Source of the DNA: Ignavibacteria bacterium
GTDB lineage: Bacteria; Bacteroidota; Ignavibacteria; Tepidaquicellales; OLB5
Direction of reading: 5' to 3'
NCBI GenBank assembly: GCA_039933555.1
Contig: JBDTNV010000001.1
Location: 9,819-73,818, forward strand
Length of the DNA: 64,000 nt
The notes under the pieces are model-generated. The model ran no database searches, was not told where the DNA came from, and worked only from the letters and a program-made list of their open reading frames with translations. Positions 54,800-64,000 of the stretch are shown in pieces (positions within the stretch are counted from its first letter, which is position 1; each line of letters begins with the position of its first letter). The position numbers and the translations under genes are program-made.

Positions 54800-56572
54800 A
54801 TGAATACAATGTTCTCGAAAATATACAAATTATACATAATCCTATTTTTCTTTATACTAAGTTCCGGTGTTACAGCACAACCACAATTCACAAGGATAAC
54901 CGAGATTGGTAATCCTGCGGTAAACGATACAATGGAAAGTGCCGGAGCCTGCTGGATAGATTTCAATAATGATGGTTTCCTGGATCTTTTTGTTGCTAAC
55001 GGAAATGTAGTTAGCCAGAATAACTCACTGTATCTCAATGACCATTCAGGCGGATTCTTAAAGATCACAACCGGCGCAATTGTTAATGATGGCGGCTCAT
55101 CAATAGGAGGAACATGGGGAGATTTTAATAACGATGGCAAACCTGACCTGTTTGTAACAAACAGGAATGGCTTCGGAAATTTCCTCTATATGGGTAATGG
55201 CGATACTACATTTACAAAAATTACAACCGGCAGTATTGTGACCGATATGCCGAACAGCAACAGCAGCGGCTGGACGGATATCAACAGGGACGGTCTGGTT
55301 GACCTCTTCATGATAAATTTTACACAAAACGACCTGTTATACATTAATAACGGCTTGCCAAATTTTACTTTTACTAAAATTGATACAGCGGCATTTTTGC
55401 TTGATGGTGGAAATTTTTCAATTGACGGGCAGTGGGCTGATTACAATAATGACCGCTTCCCGGATTTTTTTGTCGGCAATGCGGGTACGCAAAACGATTT
55501 TGTTTACAGGAATAACGGTAACCTGACATTCACCAAAATTACATTAACGGATGCACGGGCAACACTTGGTGCAAGCTGGGGAGATTTTAATAATGACGGC
55601 AATCTTGATCTCTTTACTTCAGGATACCTAAACCAAAAGAGCAGGCTATATGTAAACAGTGGTCACCCGAATCATGACCTTATACCAATTGATACCGGAA
55701 TTGTCTCGAACGATCCGGCAAACTCCGTTGGGAGCGCATGGGGTGATTTTGATAATGATGGTGACCTGGACCTTTTCGTTGCAAATGACGGAACATTAAG
55801 CGGTTTTCTATATTTAAACAGCGGCTTTCCGTTCTATGCATTTACTAAGGTTACAACCGGAACAATTGCAGCTAATACAGCTAATTCCTTTGGGTGTGCC
55901 GTTGGCGATTATGATAATGATGGCCAGCTGGATATATATGTTGCTAACAGGCTGAATCAAAAGAACTTTCTTTTCCATAATGACGGCAGCAGCAATAAGT
56001 GGATAACTATAAAATGCGAGGGAGTGACCTCTAACAGGTCGGCAATCGGAACAAAGGTACGGATCAAAGCACAGATAAACGGCCAGCCGGTTTGGCAGGT
56101 GCAGGAGGTAACACCGCAATCAGGTTACAACAGCCAGAATCTGTTGCTGCACTTCGGATTAGGAAATGCAGGTATAATAGATTCTATAATAGTTGAGTGG
56201 ATAAACGGATTGACTCATTATTTCACAAATGTAAGCACCAACATCAATATTACTATTTCTGAAAGCGGTAATATTATCGGCATAAACCCAATTAATGCTG
56301 AAATTCCCAGGGATTTTTCGTTGCTTCAAAACTATCCAAATCCTTTTAATCCATCCACAACCATAAGATTCAGTATCCCGGTTCAAAGTATGGTACGGAT
56401 AGATATTTTTGATATTACCGGCAAATTTGTTGAGAATTTAGTTAATTCAGAGTTAAGAATGGGAAATTATGATATTAAATGGGATGCTTCAAAATATTCA
56501 AGCGGAATATATTTTTATGAAATTCGAGCAGGAAATTTTCAGGAAACTAAAAAAATGGCGCTGATAAAATGA
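54800..56572 (+). CDS. T9SS-secreted FG-GAP/VCBS repeat protein with ASPIC/UnbV domain (CRTAC1-like)
   Basis: Repeated D.N.DG..D(L/I)F(V/T) units, ASPIC-like NRSAIGTKVRIKA..GYNSQN..LHFGLG, and C-terminal NYPNPFNPSTTIRF..KKMALIK. Confidence 0.82.
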   Translation: MNTMFSKIYKLYIILFFFILSSGVTAQPQFTRITEIGNPAVNDTMESAGACWIDFNNDGFLDLFVANGNVVSQNNSLYLNDHSGGFLKITTGAIVNDGGSSIGGTWGDFNNDGKPDLFVTNRNGFGNFLYMGNGDTTFTKITTGSIVTDMPNSNSSGWTDINRDGLVDLFMINFTQNDLLYINNGLPNFTFTKIDTAAFLLDGGNFSIDGQWADYNNDRFPDFFVGNAGTQNDFVYRNNGNLTFTKITLTDARATLGASWGDFNNDGNLDLFTSGYLNQKSRLYVNSGHPNHDLIPIDTGIVSNDPANSVGSAWGDFDNDGDLDLFVANDGTLSGFLYLNSGFPFYAFTKVTTGTIAANTANSFGCAVGDYDNDGQLDIYVANRLNQKNFLFHNDGSSNKWITIKCEGVTSNRSAIGTKVRIKAQINGQPVWQVQEVTPQSGYNSQNLLLHFGLGNAGIIDSIIVEWINGLTHYFTNVSTNINITISESGNIIGINPINAEIPRDFSLLQNYPNPFNPSTTIRFSIPVQSMVRIDIFDITGKFVENLVNSELRMGNYDIKWDASKYSSGIYFYEIRAGNFQETKKMALIK

Positions 56573-57804
56573 AATTGAAAATAGTATTATATCTAAGAAA
56601 CTTAATTTTTGTATCCTGTTTTTTAATTGCCTCTAATTTATTTACACAAAGCGGATGGGAGCAGCAAACAAGCGGTACAAATCAAACGCTTTTGGGAGTC
56701 GTTATGACAGACGTTAATACGGCTTATGTTTGCGGGGTGAGCGGCATTATCTTAAGATCAACAAATGGAGGAAGCAACTGGCAGATGCTCACGACAGGAA
56801 CCGCACGTTTTTTGAGGAGTATTACTTATGATAATTCAAATGCAGTTTACGCAGCAGGCGAGCTTGGTTTTATAATTAAGTCCACAAACAGCGGCGCAAA
56901 CTGGATGACTCTAAACAGCGGATCGAATAATACATTTGTGAATATCAGTTTTTACGATGCATTATTCGGAACAGCAGTTGGGCTGAATGGCACTATTCAA
57001 AGAACTACCGATGGAGGCAATAACTGGCAAACGCAAATAAGCGGAGTGAATGTTGAGCTTACCGGCGTGCACTTCCTTAACAGTGCTACAGGATATATAT
57101 CCGGCTTTGGTGGTTTAATTCTGAAGTCAACAAATACCGGAGCGAACTGGAATACTCTTACAAGCGGCGTGACAAATGAATTAAGGGCAGTGTATTTTAC
57201 TGATGCAAATACTGGTATTGTATGCGGTATTTCAGGGAAAATATTAAGAACAACAAATTCCGGTATAAACTGGAATTCAATTTCCAGCGGTACCGGTAAT
57301 GGTTTATATTCGGTGTATTTCACAAACAGTTCCACCGGGTATATCTCGGGAACAGGAGTAATCTTAAAAACCACAAACGGAGGAGTGAACTGGCAAAATC
57401 AGGTAATAAATATTACATCAGATCTTTACAGTATCCATTTCTCAAATAACGAGAATGGATTATCAGTCGGGCAAAACGGCATAATCTTAAAAACATCAAG
57501 CGGGGGTATTGGTATTAATCAGATCTCAACGGAAGTACCTGAAAAATTTACGTTATACCAGAATTATCCAAATCCTTTTAACCCTTCAACCGTAATTACA
57601 TTTGATCTGCTTAAGTTATCACATGTAAAACTTTCAATTTTTGATATATCAGGAAAAATTGTTGAAAAAATTGTTGATGAAAAGCTTTCAGCGGGTAAAT
57701 ATAATGTAGAATGGGCGAATAGTAATTTGCCAAGCGGTATTTATTTCTGCAGGCTGGAAGCAGAAAAATATAATTCTGCAATAAAAATGCTGCTGGTTAA
57801 GTAA
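56569..57804 (+). CDS. T9SS-secreted BNR/Ycf48-like beta-propeller protein (copy 3)
   Basis: STNGGSNW, STNSGANW, TTDGGNNW, STNTGANW, TTNSGINW and TTNGGVNW repeats, with NYPNPFNPSTVITF..KMLLVK. ATGA overlap with the upstream gene. Confidence 0.85.
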   Translation: MKLKIVLYLRNLIFVSCFLIASNLFTQSGWEQQTSGTNQTLLGVVMTDVNTAYVCGVSGIILRSTNGGSNWQMLTTGTARFLRSITYDNSNAVYAAGELGFIIKSTNSGANWMTLNSGSNNTFVNISFYDALFGTAVGLNGTIQRTTDGGNNWQTQISGVNVELTGVHFLNSATGYISGFGGLILKSTNTGANWNTLTSGVTNELRAVYFTDANTGIVCGISGKILRTTNSGINWNSISSGTGNGLYSVYFTNSSTGYISGTGVILKTTNGGVNWQNQVINITSDLYSIHFSNNENGLSVGQNGIILKTSSGGIGINQISTEVPEKFTLYQNYPNPFNPSTVITFDLLKLSHVKLSIFDISGKIVEKIVDEKLSAGKYNVEWANSNLPSGIYFCRLEAEKYNSAIKMLLVK

Positions 57805-57894
57805 GAAAATAAAAAACTTTTCCAAATGTGAAACCTTTGGTGTCTTTTAGTCATCTAATAAGATAGCTCTCCTAATTTCTTAACCACTAAAATT

Positions 57895-59811
57895 ATGAAC
57901 AGAATTACATTTTCCCGTTTTTTGGCGGTTTTAATTGTATTTTGTACTGGTGTCAATTGTTATTCCCAAAATACAGTCAATAATAAATTGACTGCTGAAG
58001 AGTGGTCTAAAGATATTGATTACTATTTAGAAGAAATGCCGAAAGTACATACAAATCCTTATCATACAACATCTAAAGAAAATTTTGTTCAGTTTGCTGA
58101 GGTGCTAAAGGGAAAAATTCATCATATGAGTGATAACGAAATTATTAGTGAAATTGCAAAAATGACTGCTATGATAGGTGACGGCCATACTGCACTGAAT
58201 ATATTCGGATATCATGAAAAGCCTTCACAGCAGTCGTACTTATTGCATATATTTCCCTTAAGATTATATATTTTTTCAGATGGTTTATTTGTTACTGGGG
58301 CAGCCCCTCAATACCATGAGCTTGAAGGATCACGCCTGACGAAAATTAACGGTACAGATATTCAGGATGTAATAAACAGGACAAAACCAATTGTTCAGGG
58401 TGATAATGAATATTCACAAAAATTCAATACACCATATTATATGGTCATTCCTGAATTTCTTAATGGCCTGGGAATAATCCCCGGTATCAATGAAATGGAA
58501 TTAACATACCTGGCACCCGATGGTATTGAAAAAACCATGAAAGTCAGCTCAACTGAAATCGGGAATATGCAGCACAGTTCAGGTTCACAAACCGATAACG
58601 GACTTCCTTTATACATGAAAAACGATGAAAAGAACTATTGGTTTGAATATCTTAGTGAGAGCAAAACATTATATATAAATTACAAAAGGGTTTTAATTGA
58701 TCCTGCTGACAGCCTGAAATATTTCTGCAAAAGGATAGAAGACTTTGCAAATACAAATGATATTAATAAAACAGTAATTGATATCAGAAATAACGGGGGA
58801 GGCAACAATGCAACCTGCCAGCCGTTTGTTAATCTTATCAGCAATAATCCAAAATTCAACAGGAAGGGCAAATTATTCGTTATCTTAGGCAGACAGACCT
58901 TCTCAGCTGCATCATATTTAACTACAAAGCTTGAGTATAATACAAAAGCGATGTTTATTGGTGAACCTTCAGGCGCATCTCCCAACCATTACGGAGATAA
59001 CAGGCCGCTTGTACTGCCAAATTCAAAAATAGAGATCAGGCTATCATCAATATATTGGCAAAACAGTTTTCCGTTTGATAACAGATTGTCAACAGAGCCC
59101 TTTATTAACATTGAAATGAGCTCTAGGGATTATTTCTCCGGTAAAGACCCGGTAATGGAATATATTTTAAATTATAAAGCAGAAGATATTTCATCCGGCA
59201 GCTATGATAAAAAAATTACCGGTACTTATCTATATTCACCGCTGCAGTCACTTGTAATAAAGAAAGATGGAAAAGAACTGAATATGAAAGTTATGCAAAC
59301 GGACTTTGTAGGGAGGAATGTAAGTTTTATAAATACAGGGCTATACTCCGAAGGAGGCAGAAACTTTAGTGCTGATATTAAGGGGCTTTCAGTAGAGATG
59401 ACAGATAAGGGCCTGGTCTTAAAATACGGTACAAATGTGATGAAATTAAACAGGGTACAAGGAGATTTCAAAACTCCAATTGAGCTGCTTGCTGAAGGCA
59501 GAAACAATGAGGCAGTTGAAATGATAAAAGAGGCCAGAAAAAAAAATCCCTCATACTCTGGAGTAAATGAAAATGCAATAAATGCTATGGGATATGCGGC
59601 TTTGAACAGCAAAAATTATGAAGGAGCAATTGCGGTATTCATCCTTAATTGTGAATATTATCCTGAATCTTCCAATACATATGACAGTTTGGGTGAAGCG
59701 CTCATGATGGCGGGTAATTATAAAGATGCGATTGATTACTATAAGAAGTCAGTTGAACTTAATCCCAATAACCAAAACGGGATAAAGATGATTGAAAAAT
59801 TATCTAAATAA
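57895..59811 (+). CDS. Secreted S41-like peptidase-domain protein with C-terminal TPR repeats
   Basis: Signal peptide, S41-type IDIRNNGGGN and GRQTFSAASYL, and a C-terminal TPR (NYEGAIAVF..YDSLGEALMMAGNYKDAIDYYKKSVELNPNN). Confidence 0.65.
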   Translation: MNRITFSRFLAVLIVFCTGVNCYSQNTVNNKLTAEEWSKDIDYYLEEMPKVHTNPYHTTSKENFVQFAEVLKGKIHHMSDNEIISEIAKMTAMIGDGHTALNIFGYHEKPSQQSYLLHIFPLRLYIFSDGLFVTGAAPQYHELEGSRLTKINGTDIQDVINRTKPIVQGDNEYSQKFNTPYYMVIPEFLNGLGIIPGINEMELTYLAPDGIEKTMKVSSTEIGNMQHSSGSQTDNGLPLYMKNDEKNYWFEYLSESKTLYINYKRVLIDPADSLKYFCKRIEDFANTNDINKTVIDIRNNGGGNNATCQPFVNLISNNPKFNRKGKLFVILGRQTFSAASYLTTKLEYNTKAMFIGEPSGASPNHYGDNRPLVLPNSKIEIRLSSIYWQNSFPFDNRLSTEPFINIEMSSRDYFSGKDPVMEYILNYKAEDISSGSYDKKITGTYLYSPLQSLVIKKDGKELNMKVMQTDFVGRNVSFINTGLYSEGGRNFSADIKGLSVEMTDKGLVLKYGTNVMKLNRVQGDFKTPIELLAEGRNNEAVEMIKEARKKNPSYSGVNENAINAMGYAALNSKNYEGAIAVFILNCEYYPESSNTYDSLGEALMMAGNYKDAIDYYKKSVELNPNNQNGIKMIEKLSK

Positions 59812-59823
59812 AATAATGCTCAT

Positions 59824-61077
59824 ATGAAATATAAGTATTTTCTGGTTTATTGTTTATTCTCGGTACTCGTTATGTTCTTTACATGCTCAAATAGATATGA
59901 GCACCAGTCATTAAACGGCCACTGGGAAGGTGAGATATCAAGCGAGGGGAAATCTCTTAAGATACTGTTTGATATTTCAGCCGAAAAATTCTTATATGAT
60001 ATCCCGGACCTGGGACTATTTGGCGAGCCTGCAAGTAAATGGGATATTACAGGCAACGATATTAATTTTGAAATTGAAGGCAGGGAAAATATCAATGTAA
60101 CGGGTTCTTTAGAAAATAATAAAATAATTGCCGAAATTGAAGGCAGTGATGATATACAGCTTACACTCAATAGAGCTTCAAACGACCCTGTCTTTTACAG
60201 TGAAGAAGAGGTGACTTACAAAAGCGATGGTGTGGTTATTTCAGGTACATTAATTAAACCAAAAAGTAACCAGCCATATCCTGTAATTGTTTTTGTACAC
60301 GGTTCGGGTAAAATGATCCGGGAAACAATGAGAAGCAGGGCATATATGTTTGTGCAAAATGGTTCTGCGGTTCTTATTTTCGACAGACGGGGAAAAGGGA
60401 AATCCGAAGGGGATACAAGCAGGATTCTTCCAATTTCAGTTATGACGGGCGATGTAATCGCCGGAGTTGAATTTTTGAAAGAGCGAAAGGATATTGATAA
60501 AAAGAAAATAGGGCTGTATGGATTAAGCCAGGGTGGCTGGGTCGTGCCCAATGCAGTATCATTATGCAAGGATGTTACATTCATAATTGCAGTTTCCGCA
60601 CCCGGTATAACACCCGATGAGCAGAATGATTATGTTGTTGATAATATTGTCAAGAACGAGGTCAAAAAATTCACTAAGATAAATAAATGGATAGAAGAAT
60701 TTGACACTACCATAAATAGCTACATGGAACAAGAGTCGAGTTTCAGAGAAAAATCCAATAAAAATGGTACTGAGATCGTACCGGGGTTTTCAGGTTTTAA
60801 TCCGATACCAGCGTGGGAGAGTATCACAATTCCTGTATTAGCAGTCTGGGGCGAGCTTGATGAGATAGTTCCGCACAATAAGAGCCGGATTAAAATTGAG
60901 AACGCACTTAAAAAAAGCGGTAACAATAGTTATACTTTAAAAACATTCGATGGTGCAAATCATGTTATTAAACTAGCAGGTGAAAAGGAAAAATTTGCGG
61001 GAAAATGGGAAGTTACGGCCCCGGGAAGCAATGAGTTCATAGCTGGCTGGTTTAAGAAAACCATCCTGGGTAATTGA
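59824..61077 (+). CDS. Alpha/beta-hydrolase lipoprotein
   Basis: Lipobox FFTCSN, nucleophile elbow GLSQGGW, HGSG oxyanion region, and late GANHVI. Confidence 0.7.
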   Translation: MKYKYFLVYCLFSVLVMFFTCSNRYEHQSLNGHWEGEISSEGKSLKILFDISAEKFLYDIPDLGLFGEPASKWDITGNDINFEIEGRENINVTGSLENNKIIAEIEGSDDIQLTLNRASNDPVFYSEEEVTYKSDGVVISGTLIKPKSNQPYPVIVFVHGSGKMIRETMRSRAYMFVQNGSAVLIFDRRGKGKSEGDTSRILPISVMTGDVIAGVEFLKERKDIDKKKIGLYGLSQGGWVVPNAVSLCKDVTFIIAVSAPGITPDEQNDYVVDNIVKNEVKKFTKINKWIEEFDTTINSYMEQESSFREKSNKNGTEIVPGFSGFNPIPAWESITIPVLAVWGELDEIVPHNKSRIKIENALKKSGNNSYTLKTFDGANHVIKLAGEKEKFAGKWEVTAPGSNEFIAGWFKKTILGN

Positions 61078-61101
61078 GCGGTATGGGTCTTGCATCGGGA
61101 A

Positions 61102-62580
61102 TTACTTTTTACCTCTGAGTAATTCAGCTCCTTTATCATATAGCCATCTTCCAAGGCCGATATTCTTTATCTTTTCCATTTCATCGATAAACATTTCAAT
61201 GTCTGTTCTTTCGGGTTCGCCCTTTAGCTTTAACAACAACTCAAATTTTTTGATAAATCTTTTGTAGCTTCCTTTAAGATAAGCCGGGATATCACTGTGC
61301 TGAAGCATATAATTTTTCAGGCGGGCTGATTCTTTGTAAGATTCTTCAATATCATCAGTTTCATAGAATATAATAAGCTTATAGACACTTGTATCAAGAT
61401 ACTGGAGGTATCTTTTCCTTCTTACTTTACCAAGATATCCAAGAGCCTGTTCATACTTTTTTTCATACAGGCTTAGTATTCCCGTTGAAAGATTAATTTC
61501 GTCTTCCCGCATATCAGGTGGCAGCTCTTTGGAATAAATATCTATAAATTTCCTGATCCATTCATATTCCTCAAGCCTTAATGCGGCAAATATAAAGTTT
61601 CTGAAATTATTTGTTCGTGAATTAACTACATAATGTCCTTTAAAGAGTCCTTCATCCATTATCCTGTTATTGAGGTCAAAAATTTCTTTATAGAATTTAC
61701 CCTCGCCTTTATTAGTTTTATCTATGCAGTAATCCCGCAAAGCCTGGTAAATATCATTCTTAAATGCTTGTGCAAAGAGTTCTTTATTCTTAAGAAAAAT
61801 CTTCTTTGCTTGATGATAATGCTTTTCATTTTGATTTTCTTTGAAGCTGAGATACAGGCAGTAATAAATTTCAACCGGAACAATTAGTTTTGGGTAAAGA
61901 GGGCGAATATTATTAAGCAGCTCGATATAGTTCAGGTTATTCAGAACCTCTTTCGCCAAAGGGAAATCTGTAACAATGTTGTTTATTTTCTGAAGCTCAA
62001 GCTCCAATGCCTGCTTAAAAAGAAGCATGAGGAATTGTAACACGGAATACTCTGAATGCAGAGTGTAGAATTTTACAGACTCATCAAATTTATTCATTTC
62101 AGAATAATTATTACTGATATTTTCAAAAATAGCATGTAGGTTGTAATAACTGTTCAGGTCAATTTTTGAATTTCCTGCCAAAGTAAGCGCTTTTACTTTC
62201 TGAAGCTCTATTATACTGCTCAGTTTTCTTTTCCGAAGAGAATCCAGCAATAATTTTTTATATGTAATCTCGTCACTTTCTATTTCATTAATTATCAAAA
62301 AGTACTCTGCAATTCGGGTCAACTCTGAAAATCTGTTCCATAATGCTCTTTTACTTAATCCTGTTTTTTCTGAAAGATAATCAGTTATCTTAAGCCCGGC
62401 AGACCCTTGATTTTTCTTGATCAGTTTGTTTATTTCAATAATAAGGGATTTATGGTTCCTTTTATTGTTAAAATAGGTGCTTAATGCCAGTTTTTGAAAT
62501 TTTTTTCTATCAAATTCATTGAAATCAGCGTAGATTACAAGAAATTTCGGAATTTTGTTTTGGTGAGTAAATTCAGTCAT
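61102..62580 (-). CDS. P-family paralog P5 (most divergent)
   Basis: Same length (492 aa) and collinear blocks: EEYEWIRKFIDIY, TPR-like TGILSLYEKKYEQALGYLGKV, and terminal GRWLYDKGAELL. The N-terminal box is degenerate. Confidence 0.65.
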   Translation of the reverse strand: MTEFTHQNKIPKFLVIYADFNEFDRKKFQKLALSTYFNNKRNHKSLIIEINKLIKKNQGSAGLKITDYLSEKTGLSKRALWNRFSELTRIAEYFLIINEIESDEITYKKLLLDSLRKRKLSSIIELQKVKALTLAGNSKIDLNSYYNLHAIFENISNNYSEMNKFDESVKFYTLHSEYSVLQFLMLLFKQALELELQKINNIVTDFPLAKEVLNNLNYIELLNNIRPLYPKLIVPVEIYYCLYLSFKENQNEKHYHQAKKIFLKNKELFAQAFKNDIYQALRDYCIDKTNKGEGKFYKEIFDLNNRIMDEGLFKGHYVVNSRTNNFRNFIFAALRLEEYEWIRKFIDIYSKELPPDMREDEINLSTGILSLYEKKYEQALGYLGKVRRKRYLQYLDTSVYKLIIFYETDDIEESYKESARLKNYMLQHSDIPAYLKGSYKRFIKKFELLLKLKGEPERTDIEMFIDEMEKIKNIGLGRWLYDKGAELLRGKK

Positions 62581-62599
62581 CCTATTATCATATATATTT

Positions 62600-62607
62600 C
62601 AAAAATA
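62600..62607 (-). promoter_or_regulatory. Putative -7 box (TATTTTTG) for P5
   Basis: Reverse complement matches TAnnTTTG, 19 nt upstream of the start at 62580. Confidence 0.4.
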
Positions 62608-62716
62608 ATCATATTTTATTATTAAATGGTGGGTAAATTATATGTATTTTCTATTTGCTTAAATTACTGAAGAAAAGTATTTTTAACTATCTTACCAAAA
62701 TATAAACTTTAAAAAA

Positions 62717-64000
62717 ATGAAGATTAAATTATTTTATCAGTTTGCCCTATTAGTATTTCTTTGTGTTCCGGCACTAACCCAATGGAATTCAAACACAGCG
62801 GTGAATACGCGTGTATGCGATACAACGGGTGAGCAATCCGTAACTAAGCTGGCGCTCTGTCCGGATGGCTCGACATATTATTCCTGGTTTGATAACAGGG
62901 GAGGAAGTTACGCGGTTTACATTCAAAGGCTTGATGTAAATGGAGTAAGAATGTTTCCTCCGGCTGCCATTTTAGTAAGCAATAATCCTCAGAACTCTTC
63001 GCTGGTTGACTGGGAAATGATAGCCGATAATAATAATAATGCTATTGTTACATTTACTGATATAAGGAGCGGGGGGACAATTAATCCTTTTGCTTATATG
63101 ATAAGCCCCGCAGGAACGCAGATGTGGGGAGCAAATGGCGTTACACTATCAGACTCTATAAATGCATTTCAGCCAAACCCAAAGGTAGCGCAAACCTCAG
63201 ACGGAAATTATGTTTTCTTCTGGAGAGTTGGCTCTGGTCCGCAAAAGCTGGCATTCCAAAAATTAAATGGGGCCGGCGTTAAGCAATGGGGTCCATCACC
63301 AATATACTGGACAAGCGGCACTGCTGAAAATTATGACTGGCCGGCAATCGTACCCTCTGATAATGGAAGTGTAATAGTAATGTTTTCGGGTTACACAGGT
63401 TCATTTATCAGTCCGTCAAACTATAAAATATACAGCCAGAAAGTTTCGGCGGCAGGCACCCGTGTTTGGAACGGAACACAGGATACTGTTTATTCTTTAG
63501 GCAGGGTATCGGGATTCTATACACCAAGATTATTTTCTGACGGAAACTCAGGCGCAATATATGTATGGCATGATGACCGTAACGCAATTAACCGTACAAC
63601 CGGATTTGTTCAGAGAAAAAACTCAGCGGGCGCAATTCAGTTCCCCGTGAACGGCTCAGCGGTTTCAGGTAACACCGCAAACAATCATTTTTCACCGATT
63701 GCAGGATACATGCCCGCTACAGGCGAAACATATGTAGCGTGGCAGGAATCAAACGGCGGGCAGACTCAATGGGGATTTTACGCTCAGAGATTTTCTCCAA
63801 CAGGTACACCATTATGGACGACAGACGGTTTGGCAATACAGGCCTTAGGAACCGATCAGCCTACAGGATATACAGTTATGACACGTGATACAAATGTAAT
63901 TATCTGTTTCAGCCAGTCGGGACCCGGTGGTTCTAATTTAATCAAAGCAGCAAAACTTGGCAAGTCAGGCGGGTATTTATGGAGCGGAAATATTATTGTA
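62717..64000 (+). CDS. Large secreted repeat protein, N-terminal 428 codons (3' end outside the window)
   Basis: Not in the ORF track because no stop is reached. I translated from the ATG at 62717 and found an open frame to nt 64000. Signal peptide MKIKLFYQFALLVFLCVPALTQW. Recurrent W/G-rich segments (..AVYIQRLD, ..YVFFWRVG, ..AIYVWHDD, ..TYVAWQES) suggest a propeller. Confidence 0.6.
   Translation, partial: MKIKLFYQFALLVFLCVPALTQWNSNTAVNTRVCDTTGEQSVTKLALCPDGSTYYSWFDNRGGSYAVYIQRLDVNGVRMFPPAAILVSNNPQNSSLVDWEMIADNNNNAIVTFTDIRSGGTINPFAYMISPAGTQMWGANGVTLSDSINAFQPNPKVAQTSDGNYVFFWRVGSGPQKLAFQKLNGAGVKQWGPSPIYWTSGTAENYDWPAIVPSDNGSVIVMFSGYTGSFISPSNYKIYSQKVSAAGTRVWNGTQDTVYSLGRVSGFYTPRLFSDGNSGAIYVWHDDRNAINRTTGFVQRKNSAGAIQFPVNGSAVSGNTANNHFSPIAGYMPATGETYVAWQESNGGQTQWGFYAQRFSPTGTPLWTTDGLAIQALGTDQPTGYTVMTRDTNVIICFSQSGPGGSNLIKAAKLGKSGGYLWSGNIIV

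Overview
AT-rich chromosomal segment. It looks like an FCB-group bacterium (Ignavibacteria/Bacteroidota-like). That placement is an inference from seven type IX secretion (T9SS) C-terminal sorting domains (NYPNPFNP ... KKMxLxK), recurrent TAnnTTTG -7 promoter boxes and near absence of Shine-Dalgarno sequences. Housekeeping genes are recognisable: mgtE, tsaD, recG, an AddA/AddB-type helicase-nuclease pair, pdxH, icd, a wbpB-like oxidoreductase, a WbaP-type sugar transferase, and S9/S15/S41 peptidases. Between them sit many secreted or T9SS cargo genes. No rRNA, tRNA, CRISPR array, transposase or integrase was seen. The most notable signal is an uncharacterised family of ~480-aa cytoplasmic helical-repeat proteins: five intact paralogs plus one relic. 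Each copy is transcribed divergently from a gene or operon for secreted proteins. Three such cassettes lie in tandem at 42.4-51.4 kb and share intergenic control sequence and a structured 3'-UTR-like element; one cassette has decayed on both sides. Other points: an NfrA/NfrB/WecB-type exopolysaccharide locus is split by a 3.7-kb tandemly duplicated module bounded by 40-bp direct repeats. A six-gene operon of small unknown ORFs surrounds a DUF1877 protein. An amidohydrolase-like ORF lacks the HxH metal motif. All functional calls rest on motif recognition by eye; no searches were run.
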